Assembly: GCA_000004695.1 (NCBI GenBank)
Contig: CM000152.2
Coordinates: forward strand, 5,600,001 to 5,664,000
DNA from: Dictyostelium discoideum
Taxonomy: Eukaryota
Reading direction: 5' to 3'
Length of the DNA: 64,000 nt
The translations under genes and the position numbers were made by a program. A model generated the notes under the pieces. It did no database searches, was not told the origin of the DNA, and was given only the letters and a program-made list of their open reading frames with translations. This document shows, one piece after another, positions 41,699 through 54,002 of the stretch. Within the stretch, counting starts at the first letter, position 1. Each line of letters opens with the position of its first letter.

Positions 41699-44600
41699 AT
41701 GTTTTTTAAAGGTAAAAAAAAAGATAAAGAAAAGGAAAAATCACATGGTAATATTGGAAATGTAATATCAGTTGAAAATAAAACAGGTAGTCAATCAAAT
41801 TTACATGTTGAACAAAATTTATCAAATGAAGATTTAAAAATTCAATTCTCACAATTACTCTATGAATTGGGTGTACCAGAAGCAAAAAGAGTTGAAATGG
41901 AGTTATGGTCAAATGATAAGAAATGGATGTTATTAGTTCAAAATAAAGATAAAATCAAAGAGAATGAAGAAAAGATGAAACAAAAAGGTTCACTCTATGA
42001 AACACCACAATTTTATCTTTCATTATTACGTGAAAATGCTTCAATTCAAAAAACAATCTCTGATCTTAAAGTATCGTTGGCTTCAAATAAATTATCTTGG
42101 ATTGATTCTTTCATTGGTTTATCAGGTTTTGATGAAATTTTAAAAATTTTTCAAACTTTTCAATTAAAACCAGAGTAAGTTTTTAATTTAAATTAAAAAA
42201 AAAAAAAAATAGTATAAATTATTAATTAATTTTTATTTTTTTTAAATTTTTTAAAAAAATAATAAATAGAAAAAATTCAATTGATTTTTTAATTTTATTT
42301 GATTGTGTTAATATTATAAAATCAATATTAAATAGTCAAAGTGGTGTTAAATCAGTGATGACAACATCACATACATTTAAAGTATTGGTATTATGTTTAG
42401 ATCAAAGTTATCCACCAGAATTAAGAAATGCAGTATTACAATTGACAGCAGCATTAACATTGTTACCAACGGTTGGACATAGTTATGTATTGGAGGCAAT
42501 TGAAAATTTCAAAGTTTCAAATCGTGAGAAAGTACGTTTCCAAACCATTATTGAGGGTGCAAAATCAGTATCAAACACTCAACTTCATTATGAATATTTA
42601 ACAAGTTTTATGAATTTAGTAAACTCTATCGTAAATTCACCAGCAGATTTACAAGTTCGTATTGGTTTACGTTCAGAATTTACCGCTTTGAAATTGATTG
42701 AATTAATATCAAACTCAAAGGGTGTCTCTGAAGATTTAGACACTCAAATCAATCTATTCTTTGAATGTATGGAAGAGGATAACGATGAAGTTGGTGCACA
42801 TTACAAAGAGGTTAACATTAGATCACCAAGTGAAGTTAGCACTAAAATAGATACCCTATTACAAAGTCATCCAGCACTTCATCATCATTTCATTTCAATC
42901 ATTAAAGGATTATATACTTTAGCTTCAACTCAATCTGATTTAGGTGGTTCAATGTGGAATATTTTAGATGAATCTGTTGGTTTAATCTTAAAAGATCCTT
43001 CAAAAGAATCTCAACTTGAAAAATTACAAAATGAAAATAATAATTTAAAATTACAATTATCTGAAATAAAATTAAATAATAGTAATAATAATAATAATAA
43101 TAATAATAGTAATAATAATAATAATGATAGTAATGTTTCAACTCCAAATATTAATACTGGTTCACCTTTACTTCCACCACAACAATATCAAGATCTTGAA
43201 CAAAAATTACAATTAACTCAAAATGAAAAAAATGAATCACAAAATAAAGTTAAACAGTTGGAATCAGAGATTAAAGGTTTAAATTCAACTCTTACAGGTT
43301 TACAATTAAAAGTTACAAAATTAGAAGCAGATTTATTAAGTGTTAGTGTTACAACACCACCTTCAGATACTAATGGTACTACATCACCACCAATCGAAGC
43401 ACCATCATCACCATCATTGGGTGCCCCACCACCACCACCACCACCACCACCTGCTCCACCAGTTTCAGGAGGAGGTCCACCACCACCTCCACCTCCACCA
43501 CCACCATCATCAGGAGGAGGTCCACCACCACCACCTCCACCACCATCATCAGGAGGTCCACCACCACCACCTCCACCTCCAGGTGGAATGAAAAAACCAG
43601 GTGCACCAGCTGTACCAAATTTACCACCAAAAAAATCATCAGTACCATCTGTTAAAATGGTTGGTCTTCAATGGAAAAAAGTTAATAATAATGTAATTGA
43701 AAATTCAATTTGGATGAATGTTAAAGATTATAATTTGAATGATCAATTTAAACAACTTGAAGAATTATTCCAAGTTAAAAAACCAACTGCAACTACTCCA
43801 ACTGCTCCAGTAGGTGGTGCAAGTAATGTAGCAGTTGGTGGTGGTAGTGGTTCAAAATCAATAGTATCAACACCAACTATCAGTATTTTAGATCCAAAAA
43901 GATCACAAGCAATTATGATTATGTTATCAAGATTTAAGATTTCATTTCCAGATTTAAGTAAAGCAATAACAAATTTAGATGAAAGTAAATTAAATTTAGA
44001 GGATGCAAAATCTTTATTGAAATTTGTACCAAGTTCAGAGGAAATTGAATTATTAAAAGAAGAGGATCCATCATGTTTTGGTAAACCAGAACAATTCCTT
44101 TGGGAACTTAGTAAAATCAATAGAATCTCTGAGAAATTGGAATGTTTTATCTTTAAACAAAAACTTTCAACTCAAATCGAAGAATTAACACCAGATATTA
44201 ACGCATTATTAAAAGGTTCAATGGAAACCAAAAATAATAAATCATTCCATCAAATTCTAGAGATTGTATTATCATTGGGTAATTTCATTAATGGTGGTAC
44301 ACCACGTGGTGATATTTACGGTTTCAAATTGGATTCTCTTAGTGGTCTATTGGATTGTCGTTCACCTTCAGATTCAAAAGTAACCTTAATGACTTGGTTA
44401 ATTCAATTCTTGGAGAATAAACATCCATCTCTTTTGGAATTCCATCAAGAGTTTACTGCAATCGATGAGGCAAAGAGAGTATCAATTCAAAATTTACGTT
44501 CAGAAGTTGCTTCATTAAAGAAAGGTTTAACATTGCTAACTAATGAAGTTGAAAAGAGTGAAGGTGCTTCAAAGACAATTTTAAGTGGTTTCGTTGGTAA

Positions 44601-45174
44601 ATCAACAGATGCCGTCACTTTAATTGAAAAACAATTTAATACCGCCCTTGAATCCTTTAATTCAACCGTACAATTCTATGGTGAAGATGTTAAAACTTCA
44701 TCACCTGAAGAATTCTTCCAACATGTTTCAAAATTCAAAAATGAATTCAAACGTACAATTGAATCAATTCAAAAGGAAAGAGAAAATGTTCAAAAATTAG
44801 CCGCTAGAAAGAAAGCTGCTGCTTCTGGTCCATCTGTGCCATCTGCTTCTGGTTCTTCAATTAATATCGCTCCAAAATCTGGTGTTTCTCCAATTACTCC
44901 AACTTCAAAATCTTCAATTTCAATCTCACAAAAACCACCACAATCAACTCAACCATCAATTTCTGTTCAGCAACAACAACAACAACACCATGGCGACGAC
45001 GATGATGATATACCACAAAATGGTACTTTTATGGATCAATTAATGAGTAAAATGAAAGGTGGTGAAGCAATTCGTGCATCTAGAAGAGCTTCACAATATG
45101 TTTTCACTCAAAATGGCGCTGGTGGTGTTGGTGCAATCGATGCATTAAATGCTGCATTGAAAAATAAAAAATAA
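41699..45174 (+). CDS. Diaphanous-related formin (GBD/FH3 - coiled coil - FH1 - FH2 - DAD), two exons
   Basis: Exon 1 is 41699..42174, donor GTAAGT at 42175. The acceptor AG is at 42334/42335 and exon 2 is 42336..45174, phase-consistent. The FH1 proline tracts are PPPPPPPPPAPPVSGGGPPPPPPPPPPSSGGGPPPPPPPPSSGGPPPPPPPPGG. The FH2 domain follows (...GNFINGGTPRGDIYGFKLDSLSGL...). A C-terminal DAD-like motif is GTFMDQLMSKMKGGEAIRASRRA. Confidence 0.85.
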
Positions 45175-45344
45175 ATTAAAAAAACAAATATAATAAAAAA
45201 TAAAAAAAAAAAATAAAAAATTAAAAAAACAAAAATAATAAGAAAAAAATAAAAATAAAAAAAAATTCGCAAATATTTATTTATATAAAAATTAAAAAAA
45301 TTATGTTGTAATGTGTCACACAATAATTTTATTTTATTTATTTA

Positions 45345-45461
<117 letters not shown>

Positions 45462-45910
45462 TTAAAATTCAAATAACTCATTTGTACATTCAATGATATT
45501 TATAAAATTAATAGAACAACACGCTTAAAAAAAAACAAAAAAAACAATGTGTGTGTGGTGGTTATATTTAACCCCCCTCCCACTTAAAAAGACAAGAGAA
45601 ACTTTCTATTATGTACGACATACTTATTGACAACACAAATATTTCCATCGATTGAATTATATTAAACAAACTCTTCAAACACTCGCTAACGAAGTAATGT
45701 TAAACCCATACACAAAACAATGTTTTTTTTTAATTTATTTTTTTATTTTTTCTTAAAAAAATAGAAAAAAAAAAAATAAAAAAAAAGAGTATAAATAAAT
45801 TTTTTTTTTTTTTTTTTTTTTTCATTACCCTTAAAAAATAACAATTAACTTCTTAAACAAATCAAATAATAATTTATTACTTTTAAAAATAAAAAAAAAC
45901 TATCTAAAAA

Positions 45911-46187
45911 ATGTCAATTTTAAGTAAGTTAAAAAATATTATAAAAATAAATTAGATTTAAAATAAAAAAGTATTAATTAATTTTATAAAAAAAAAAAAA
46001 AAAAAAAAAAATAGAATCATTAACTTCAATTTCAAAAATTTCAAAATCATCAAATGATTCAATTTTAAATATAAATAATTCAAATAATTTAAATTCATCA
46101 AATCAAAACTCTAATAATGAAATCTCAAGATGGACTCCAATTTTTACAGTTATTGGTAGAGGTGGTAAAAATGTCATTGCTGCTTAA
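45911..46187 (+). CDS. Small Ser/Asn-rich protein (about 61 aa), second small-gene family sharing the ATG+13nt|GTAAGT architecture
   Basis: ATG TCA ATT TTA A followed by GTAAGT, acceptor at 46013/46014. Exon 2 gives KSLTSISKISKSSNDSILNINNSNNLNSSNQNSNNEISRWTPIFTVIGRGGKNVIAA*. Confidence 0.5.
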
Positions 46188-46215
46188 ATCAAATGTCATT
46201 GCTTCATTATAAAAT

Positions 46216-46255
<40 letters not shown>

Positions 46256-47194
46256 TTCATTTATTAGTTTGTACTTTAATGTATTTTTAATTTGAAGTCC
46301 GAATATATTTATTAATTTCCAAAATAAAAATTAAAAAAAAAAAAAAAAAAAAGTGTTTAATAAAATTAATTATTTATTATAAAATAAAAAAATTGGTTTT
46401 TTATTTATTTTTTTTTCAAAAAATATATAATCATATATTTTTTTTTTTAAATAATAATAATTTAATTGTGTTATGATAATTTTAGGTTTTTTTTTTTTTT
46501 TGAAAAAAGTAAAATTTAATAAACAGTTTTGTATATTGGACTTGGTTTCTTGAATAAATTTATAGTTAACTAAATCCAATAATAATTATTTTTACAAATC
46601 TCAAAGATTTTAATAATTACAAATTTTTTTTTTTTTTTTTTTTAACTTGGACATCATTTTTTCAACATATTATTTAAATTTTTTAATTTTAGTAACTACC
46701 TCGTATGTTTTTATAAAATTTTTTAAATCATAATTTTACATCAATGGTTCGATTTTTATTGAATGGAGTTATATATTTTTAAATAGTGTTTTAATTTATT
46801 GAACAGATTTTGTATTTTTGGATTGTTTTTTTGTTTTTTTTGTTTTTTTTTTTAAAAAAAAAAAAAAAAATTAAAATTCCTTTTTTTTAATTTTAACTTT
46901 CCAATATTGTTATTTCGTTTAAATGTAAAAAAAATGGTTTTAAGGTTTTTTTTGTAAATTATGTGTGTGTATAAATTTTTTAATTTTTATCACCCACCCT
47001 TATATAGTAATTAAAACAAATATAATAAATAAATTCTATAAAAAAAAAAAAAAAAAATCATTAAAAATTTTCAATAACATCATTAAATGAAAAAAGTCCA
47101 AAAAAAGAGTATATTTTAATTAATAAAGAGACACTAATCCATTCAAAACCAAATATTAAAAATTTGTTTTGTCAGTTTTTTTTTTTTAATAATT

Positions 47195-47241
<47 letters not shown>

Positions 47242-47341
47242 CAATAATTTATTTTATAAAATCTTTTTTTTATTTTTAATTATTATTATTTTAAAAAAAT
47301 AACAATAAATTATAAATTATAAAAAAAAACAAAATATAAAA

Positions 47342-47588
47342 ATGTCAGTTTTAAGTAAGTGCTACTTTTTTATAAAGTTTTTAAAATAAAAATATAATTA
47401 TTCTAATTAATTTTAATTTAGAAAATATAACCTCACTTTCAACTTTTTCAAAATCTTTAAATTTAAAAAAACAAATATCTGTTGACTTTTCAAACAATAA
47501 TTCCCTTCAATCATTTAATAATTATTCTAGATGGAGTCCAAATTATACAATAATTGGATATTGTTGTAAAAATATCATTGCTGCTTGA
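47342..47588 (+). CDS. Paralog of the 45911 gene (about 62 aa)
   Basis: ATG TCA GTT TTA A followed by GTAAGT, acceptor at 47420/47421. Exon 2 gives KNITSLSTFSKSLNLKKQISVDFSNNNSLQSFNNYSRWSPNYTIIGYCCKNIIAA*. It shares the SRW(T/S)P...IIG...KN(V/I)IAA* C-terminus with the 45911 gene. Confidence 0.5.
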
Positions 47589-47630
47589 TCATATTTTTAA
47601 AAATATTTATCCTAAACCGAATAATAAAAC

Positions 47631-47689
<59 letters not shown>

Positions 47690-48018
47690 TATATGTATAA
47701 TTAAACTTTAAAGAAGTAAAATGATAGATTTGTAATCATGGTTGATATATAAAAAAAGAATATGATTTATTTATTTCATTATAATAAATATTAAAAATTG
47801 TTTAATACAATGTTAAAGGATTATTAATAAAATTAAGGTGCAACAATTTATAAATTTAAATATGAAATTATAAATATAAATTAAAATCTTTATTTAAGTA
47901 AATTTATGAATTCCTAATTTAATAGGAATCAATGAAAAAATTAGAATGTTATTGGTGTTGTGCAGTCTCATTACAAATATAAATAAATGTATTATTGGTT
48001 TAAGTTGATTATAAATCA

Positions 48019-49047
48019 TTATTTTAAATAATTACATAATGCGGTTTTGCAATTTGAATTATTGGTTTCACTTCTAAAGAATTTTAACAAGGTTGCATAA
48101 CAACACTCTACATTAGCAAAATATTTTCTATGGAATTTCTTGGCACTCCATTTTTTGTTGTTTTTTTTCTTGAATTTTGATTTTACCTTTGAACATCGTT
48201 CAGGAATGGGAATTTCAATTTTTATTATGTCTTGTTTACCATTTTGTTTTTTTCTTGACTTTTCTTCTACAATATTTATATGTTGAGTTGGGTGGTTCCA
48301 TTGATTGTAACAAAGGTCATATAATCTTTGGATATCACCTTTATACAATTTAGTACCTTTTGTAAGTTTAAAAGTTGATCTTATAGCATAATGATTGATT
48401 TTTGCTTCTTCTGAGGATGTTGTTGCATTTTTCAATACTTTAAAACCTAATGATTTGCTGTTAGAGGAATACATTATGTTATCAATCGAGTTTCTACCAG
48501 TTGTTGTTTCTATATCTTTATCATTTGCAAAAGAAATTTCATTTCCTAATTTCTCTTTTATTTGAGTTCTATTATGATTTATATCACCAGCAATTAAAAA
48601 AGGAATATTTTTTTCAATAAGTTTTGATACCAATCTTTCCAAAATAAAAAAATTTTCCGAAGCACTATTTTGTGATTTCTTTTGTGGTATATGGCAATTA
48701 ATTACTACAAAGTAAACGTCCTTATGTTTAAACGAAACAATATGGAGTCTTGTACCACTCTTAGCTTCAAATTCTTCAATAACTTTAAGACTTGAATTAT
48801 TATATATTATTCTTTATTGATTTTCTTTTTTTGATTTATCTCTTGAACCTGTTTTATTTTTTAAATTTCCATAGTTCTCGAAATCCTGAAAATCTCTATC
48901 AATCTCTTGTAAACATAATATATCATTTTTATTAAAATTATTTAAAAGCAATTCATCCTTTATTTGATTTTTGAATGTATTTTTAAGAGGTTTACCACCT
49001 TGGATTCCTGCATTTAAACTTCCTACAGTTACCCTGGCTGAATCCAT
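48019..49047 (-). pseudogene. APE/EEP-type endonuclease-domain gene, copy A; single in-frame TAA (about 48810)
   Basis: Track ORFs 48814..49047 (MDSARVTVGSLNAGIQGGKPLKN...NDILCLQEIDRD...KKENQ*) and 48019..48642 (...NIPFLIAGDINHNR...NSIDNIMYS...INHYAIRSTF...) are the same frame separated by one stop. Motifs match AP-endonuclease/EEP motifs: DILCLQE(T/I), GD(F/I)N, (R)IDxI and (S/N)DHxP-like. Copy C has CTA (Leu) where copy A has TAA. Confidence 0.6.
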
Positions 49048-49509
49048 TTTTTAAATTTTTAAAATTTATGTGATTTTTTTTTTTGCTAATAAAAAAGAAT
49101 TTACAATAAATATAAAAAGATTAGTTTTATGTACAGTTTGTTAATGGTATCATTACAAATATAAATATATGTATTATTTATTGGTTTAAGCTGATTAGAT
49201 ATCATTATTTTAAATAATTATTTAATGCAGCTTTACAATTTAGATAATGGGTTTCACCTCTAAAGAATTTTAACAAAGTTGCATAACAACACTTTACATC
49301 ACCAAAATATGTTTTATGGAATTTCTTTGCACTCCATTTTTTATTTTCCTTCTAGAATTTTGATTTTACCATTGAACATAATACAAGATGTGGGAATATT
49401 GAGATTTTCATTTTTTGTTATGTTTTGGTTACCATTTTGTTTTTTTCTTGGCTTTTCTTGTTGAGTGGGGTGGTCTTTCAATTCATTGTAACAAAGGTCA
49501 TATAATTAT

Positions 49510-50040
49510 TTAATTATTTAATTCAGTACCTTTTTTAATGTTAAATGTTGATCTTATAGCGTAATGATTGATTTTTGCTTTTTCTGAGGATGTTATTGCA
49601 TTTTTCAATACTTTAAAATATAATGATTTGCTGTGAGAAGAAAACATAATGTGATCGATTGAGTTTTTACCAATCGTTGTTTCTATATCTTTATCATTTG
49701 CAAAAGAAATTTCATTTCCTAATTTCTCTTTTATTTGAATTCTATTATGATTTATATCACCAGCAATTAAAAAAGGAATATTTTTTTCATTAAGATTTGA
49801 TACCAATCTTTCCAAAATAAAAAAATTTTCAAATGCTTTTTCTTTGGATTTCATTTGTAGTATATGGCAATTAATTACTACAAAGTAAACGTCATTGAGT
49901 TCAAACGAAACAATCTGCCTATCTTAACTACAACTTCTTCAATAACTTTTAGATTGAATTATTATAGATTATTCTTAGTTGATTTTCTTTTTTTAATTTA
50001 TCTCTTGAACTTGTTTTATTTTTTAAATTTCCATAATTCT
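49510..50040 (-). pseudogene. APE/EEP-type endonuclease-domain gene, copy B; 5'-truncated with multiple stops
   Basis: Track ORF 49510..49854 (MKSKEKAFENFFILERLVSNLNEKNIPFLIAGDINHNRIQIKEKLGNEISFANDKD...INHYAIRSTFNIKKGTELNN) is homologous to copies A and C. The upstream part 49855..50040 retains recognisable codons (GNLKNKTSSRDKLKKENQLRIIYNNS) but carries several stops. The N-terminal third is absent. Confidence 0.45.
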
Positions 50041-51049
50041 TAAATTTAATTATATATTTATTTTATTTAATATTTTAAATTTTAATATTATGTGTTCATT
50101 ATAAGATTTATTATAATATTAAGATTTAAAAAATAGGGGTTTCGATTATTTAAAAATGGAATTTTTTTTTTTTTTTTTTATTTATGTTTTTTTATTTTGT
50201 TATTGAATTATTAAAAATAAAAAAAATAAATATAGAAATTAAAAATAGAAAAAAAAATATTTAATTTGTGAAGTTGGTTTTTGTGTAACAGAAATAATTA
50301 CTAAAAATAATTTGTTAAAAAAATAAAATAAAAAAAAAAAAAAAAATTATTTTTTTTTTTTTGAGAATTGATTTTTAAAAATTATTTCTGTGAATTATCC
50401 ATTTTTTTTTTTTTTTTTATTTAAAATTTCTATTTTTTTTTTTTTTTAATTTTATTTATTTTTATAGCTATTTAAAAATTTTCAAAAAAAGATTGTTGTA
50501 AAAATTCAAAATAATATAATCATTTCGTTTCAGAAGAAGTAGTTAATCAATTCAAAAAAAAGGAAAAAATAATATCAGATTTTGATTAAATTTTTTATTT
50601 TTTTGAACACAACCACTTGAAAATTAAAATCAAATAATAATATTGTTAAATACAATTATAATATTTAAGGATCCTAATTAAATAAAAAATAAGGTACAAC
50701 AGTTTATTAATAAAATATTATAAATATATATTTATATATAAAAGCTTTATTTAAGTATGAATTTAATAGAAATTATTGATGTTTGGATGTAATGATTTTA
50801 AACATTCATATTAATATTTTACAATTTGTTTAGTACTATTATCATTACATATATAAATGATATGTATTATATGTTTAAGTTGATTAAAAATTATTTAAAT
50901 AATTAATTAGTGCAATTTTGCAATTTAGATTTTGGCTTTCACCTTTAATGAGTCTTGACAATGTACTTTTAGAACAACTACCATTAAAATATTTTTCATG
51001 AAATCTAGTGGCATTCCATACTTTGTTTTCATTCTTGAATTTTGGTATT

Positions 51050-51940
51050 ACCAATTTAACTAATATATCATTGGGAATATCATCACCAATTTCAAATTTT
51101 TGTTTTGTTTTGTTGACAATTTTGTTTTTCTATTGGTCTTTCAATTTCTTTGTTAATAATTATTTGTTGATTGAGGCGGTTTTTCCATTGATTACTACAA
51201 TTATTATATAAATATTGGATATTTCCTTTAAGCAAATTTATACCTTTTTTAAGTTTAAATTTAGATCTTTAAGCAAAATGATTGATTTTTGCATTTTCTG
51301 AGGATATTGTAGCATCGTTGAATACTTGGAAATTTTCTAATATATTGTGATTGGAGTACATAATGTGATCGATTGAGTTACCACCTGTTGTTGTTATTTT
51401 ATCTTTATCATTTGCAAAATAAAAATGATGACCTATTAAGTTGATTATTTGAGTTCTATTATGATTTATATCACCAGCAATTATAAAAGGAATATTATAA
51501 TAATGAAAATTTTTTACCATTTCTCTCAAAATAAAAAAATTTTCTATTGCACCAAGTTTTAATTTCTTCTTTTGTGGTATATGGCAATTAATTAATACAA
51601 AGTAAACATCATTAAGTTTAAAAGAAACAATCTGGAGTCTTGAACCAATGTCAACTAAAACTTCTTCAATAACTTCAAGATTTGAATTATTATATATTAT
51701 TCTTAGTTGATTTTCTTTTTTTGATTTATCTTTTGAACTTGTTTTATTTTTTAAATTTCCATAATTCTTGAAATCCTGAAAATCTCTATCAATCTCTTGT
51801 ATACATAATATAAAATTTTCAATTAATTTATAATTCTCATCAAAAAACAAATTAGTTTTTATTTGATTTCTGTATGTATTCTTAAGTGATTTACCCCCTT
51901 GGATTCCTGCATTTAAACTTACTAATGTTGCAGTCTCCAT
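51050..51940 (-). pseudogene. APE/EEP-type endonuclease-domain gene, copy C; premature TAA at about 51269
   Basis: Track ORF 51269..51940 (METATLVSLNAGIQGGKSLKN...ILCIQEIDRD...IIAGDINHNRTQI...NSIDHIMYS...INHFA*). The homologous frame continues after the stop (RSKFKLKKGINLLKGNIQYLYNNCSNQW...), matching the copy A C-terminus. The conserved 3' flanks at 47960..48170, 49150..49340 and 50850..51030 define the tandem unit. Confidence 0.55.
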
Positions 51941-52431
51941 TTTTAAATTTTTAAAAATTAAAATTATATGTAATGATTTTTTTAATATTTAATTAATGTT
52001 AAAAAAATAGAAGAAACAATGAATAAATATTTATTTATAATTTTTTTTTCTCAATTTGATGAGTGGATGTAAATTTTAAAAATTTCAGCAATTAAAGTGG
52101 TGAAAAGTAATTTTATGGGTTTGTCGCACTTTTTTTTACTTTTGTTTTTTATTTTCTATGCGACTTACAATTTGCACACTTAAAAATTTAAAAAAACTTA
52201 ATAATAAATAAAAAAATTTAATTACATTTAAATAAATAAAAAATTAAACAATTTTTTTATTTATTTATTTTGTTTATTTTTTTAATTTTCAATAAAAATT
52301 AATTGTTTATTTTGTAATGAAAGTGGCTTTATTTAATTTATAATTTATAATATGAGTTGATGTTATGGAAGTATTTTTTTTTTTTTAATAACATCACTCA
52401 ATTTGAGTGTGTTCTAGGAGAGTTTATTTGT

Positions 52432-52480
<49 letters not shown>

Positions 52481-52493
52481 CTTGTTATTCTTA

Positions 52494-52562
<69 letters not shown>

Positions 52563-52579
52563 TTTATTAATGTTGTTAT

Positions 52580-52626
<47 letters not shown>

Positions 52627-52918
52627 GTAGTTGGTGTTATATCAGTATGGTATGAAGTGTTCCGGGATGTTTATGGTCATGAGTTTCGAGTTCCAGTTGT
52701 GGCTGAATTTTTCGAGTCTTCTTTTTATTGATGCGGTCCGATTGATTGATTCTTGGTTATCAGTGCATCTTAGTTCTTGACGTAATTGCCTTTCTACTAT
52801 CTTTCTTGTTCTATCCCATTCGGCATCTCTCGCTTTTTTGATTTTATGAATTATTTGGTTCTCTGTTATTTTATGGAAGTATCGAAAATAGTTATTCAAA
52901 ATAAATTTTCATAAAAAT

Positions 52919-52991
52919 GCCCGGCTAGCTCAGTCGGTAGAGCGCCAGACTCTTAATCTGGTGGTCGGGGGTTCGAGCCCCCCGTTGGGCG
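52919..52991 (+). tRNA. tRNA-Lys (anticodon CTT)
   Basis: 73-nt cloverleaf GCCCGGCTAGCTCAGTCGGTAGAGCGCCAGACTCTTAATCTGGTGGTCGGGGGTTCGAGCCCCCCGTTGGGCG. It has A and B boxes, anticodon loop CUCUUAA and the same acceptor stem as metazoan tRNA-Lys(CUU). It is followed by T-rich Pol III terminator AATTTTTTATTTT. Confidence 0.9.
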
Positions 52992-53080
52992 AATTTTTTA
53001 TTTTAAAATTTAATAGTACACTGGTTCAATTCTTAACTTGGTCCCACCAATGGTTTAAGAGGATTGTGTAATTATTTACC

Positions 53081-53683
53081 TATTCAAAAAAAATAATAGG
53101 TCACACGAAAGAATTACCAAAAAGAACAATACAAAAAACAAAATCACACCTATAATACCTTCCAACATGAAAAAAGATCATGAAGTAAACATAAACTACA
53201 TTCATTCAAAATTTCATTAACAACATTTTGAATGTTCTATAAAGAAATAGACTATGACCTTTCTAGACATTTTGTATATATAATAGCATTGATTTTACAC
53301 CAAATTTAGATATGGGTTTGGAATAATATACAGCGATGACAAAATTCAGTTAGACTACAACACTATTCTCAAAAAATGTTAAAACATTAGACTATATAAA
53401 AAAAAAAAAAACTTTAAAATATCATCATCAAAAGATTCAATGTCAATCTGAAACAAAAATGAATACCTAAAACAAATTAAAAATATCTAAAATCAAATAA
53501 TCAAAGAATACTGTACCAATGATAGCGTACCAAATAGAGTAATTGTGGAATAAAAAAAATAAATCAAATTATAACAATATAACTAATTGTTGTTATTCAA
53601 AAAAAATTAAAATAATTAAAATAAAATAAAAAAACATTTATTATTGCAGAAGGTTTTAATACTAGCAAATAATTAATTAATAT

Positions 53684-53720
<37 letters not shown>
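53081..53720 (+). mobile_element. 5'-truncated non-LTR retroelement (TRE3-like) or SINE-like retroposed fragment with a poly(A) tail and 11-bp target-site duplication
   Basis: CCTATTCAAAA occurs at 53069..53079 and again at 53721..53731 immediately after an A(36) run (53685..53720). The enclosed roughly 640 bp has markedly higher complexity and C/A content than local intergenic DNA and no long ORF. The insertion point is 87 bp downstream of tRNA-Lys. Confidence 0.45.
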
Positions 53721-53723
<3 letters not shown>

Positions 53724-54002
53724 ATTCAAAACCTTGACATAGAAACATAATGGCATTAATAACTGATAAAATCTGTTTTTGCTTCTGCAACCAATTCACA
53801 TAATTTTAAAAAAAAAGAAGTAATAATAATTGTAATAACACATTTTTAAAAAAATACTGTTTTAGATAATCTAAAACATAATAACAACTGTAATTTAAAA
53901 ATTTAAATTCGGTAAACCTATTTATTTCCTTTAATGAATAAATATTGATTTCTCCAAAATGACATCGAACCTACGACATTATCTTGACTCGATTTAAAAA
54001 TT

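Noticed and set aside
42902-44120. Poly-Tyr, poly-His and poly-Val ORFs (42902..43147 -, 43340..43591 +, 43379..43648 -, 43743..44120 -)
   Set aside because: Other-frame readings of the formin coiled-coil/poly-Asn and FH1 poly-Pro (CCACCACCA) region.
48019-51940. Intact non-LTR retrotransposon
   Set aside because: Only an APE-like endonuclease ORF is present in each unit. There is no reverse-transcriptase or zinc-knuckle region and no poly(A) or TSD at unit ends. All copies start at the same 5' position, which is inconsistent with 5'-truncated retroelement copies.
52642-52899. 85-aa minus-strand ORF immediately upstream of tRNA-Lys
   Set aside because: No start context, no homology signal, and it lies in the GC-richer putative retroelement remnant. 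It is treated as non-coding and reported as a finding instead.
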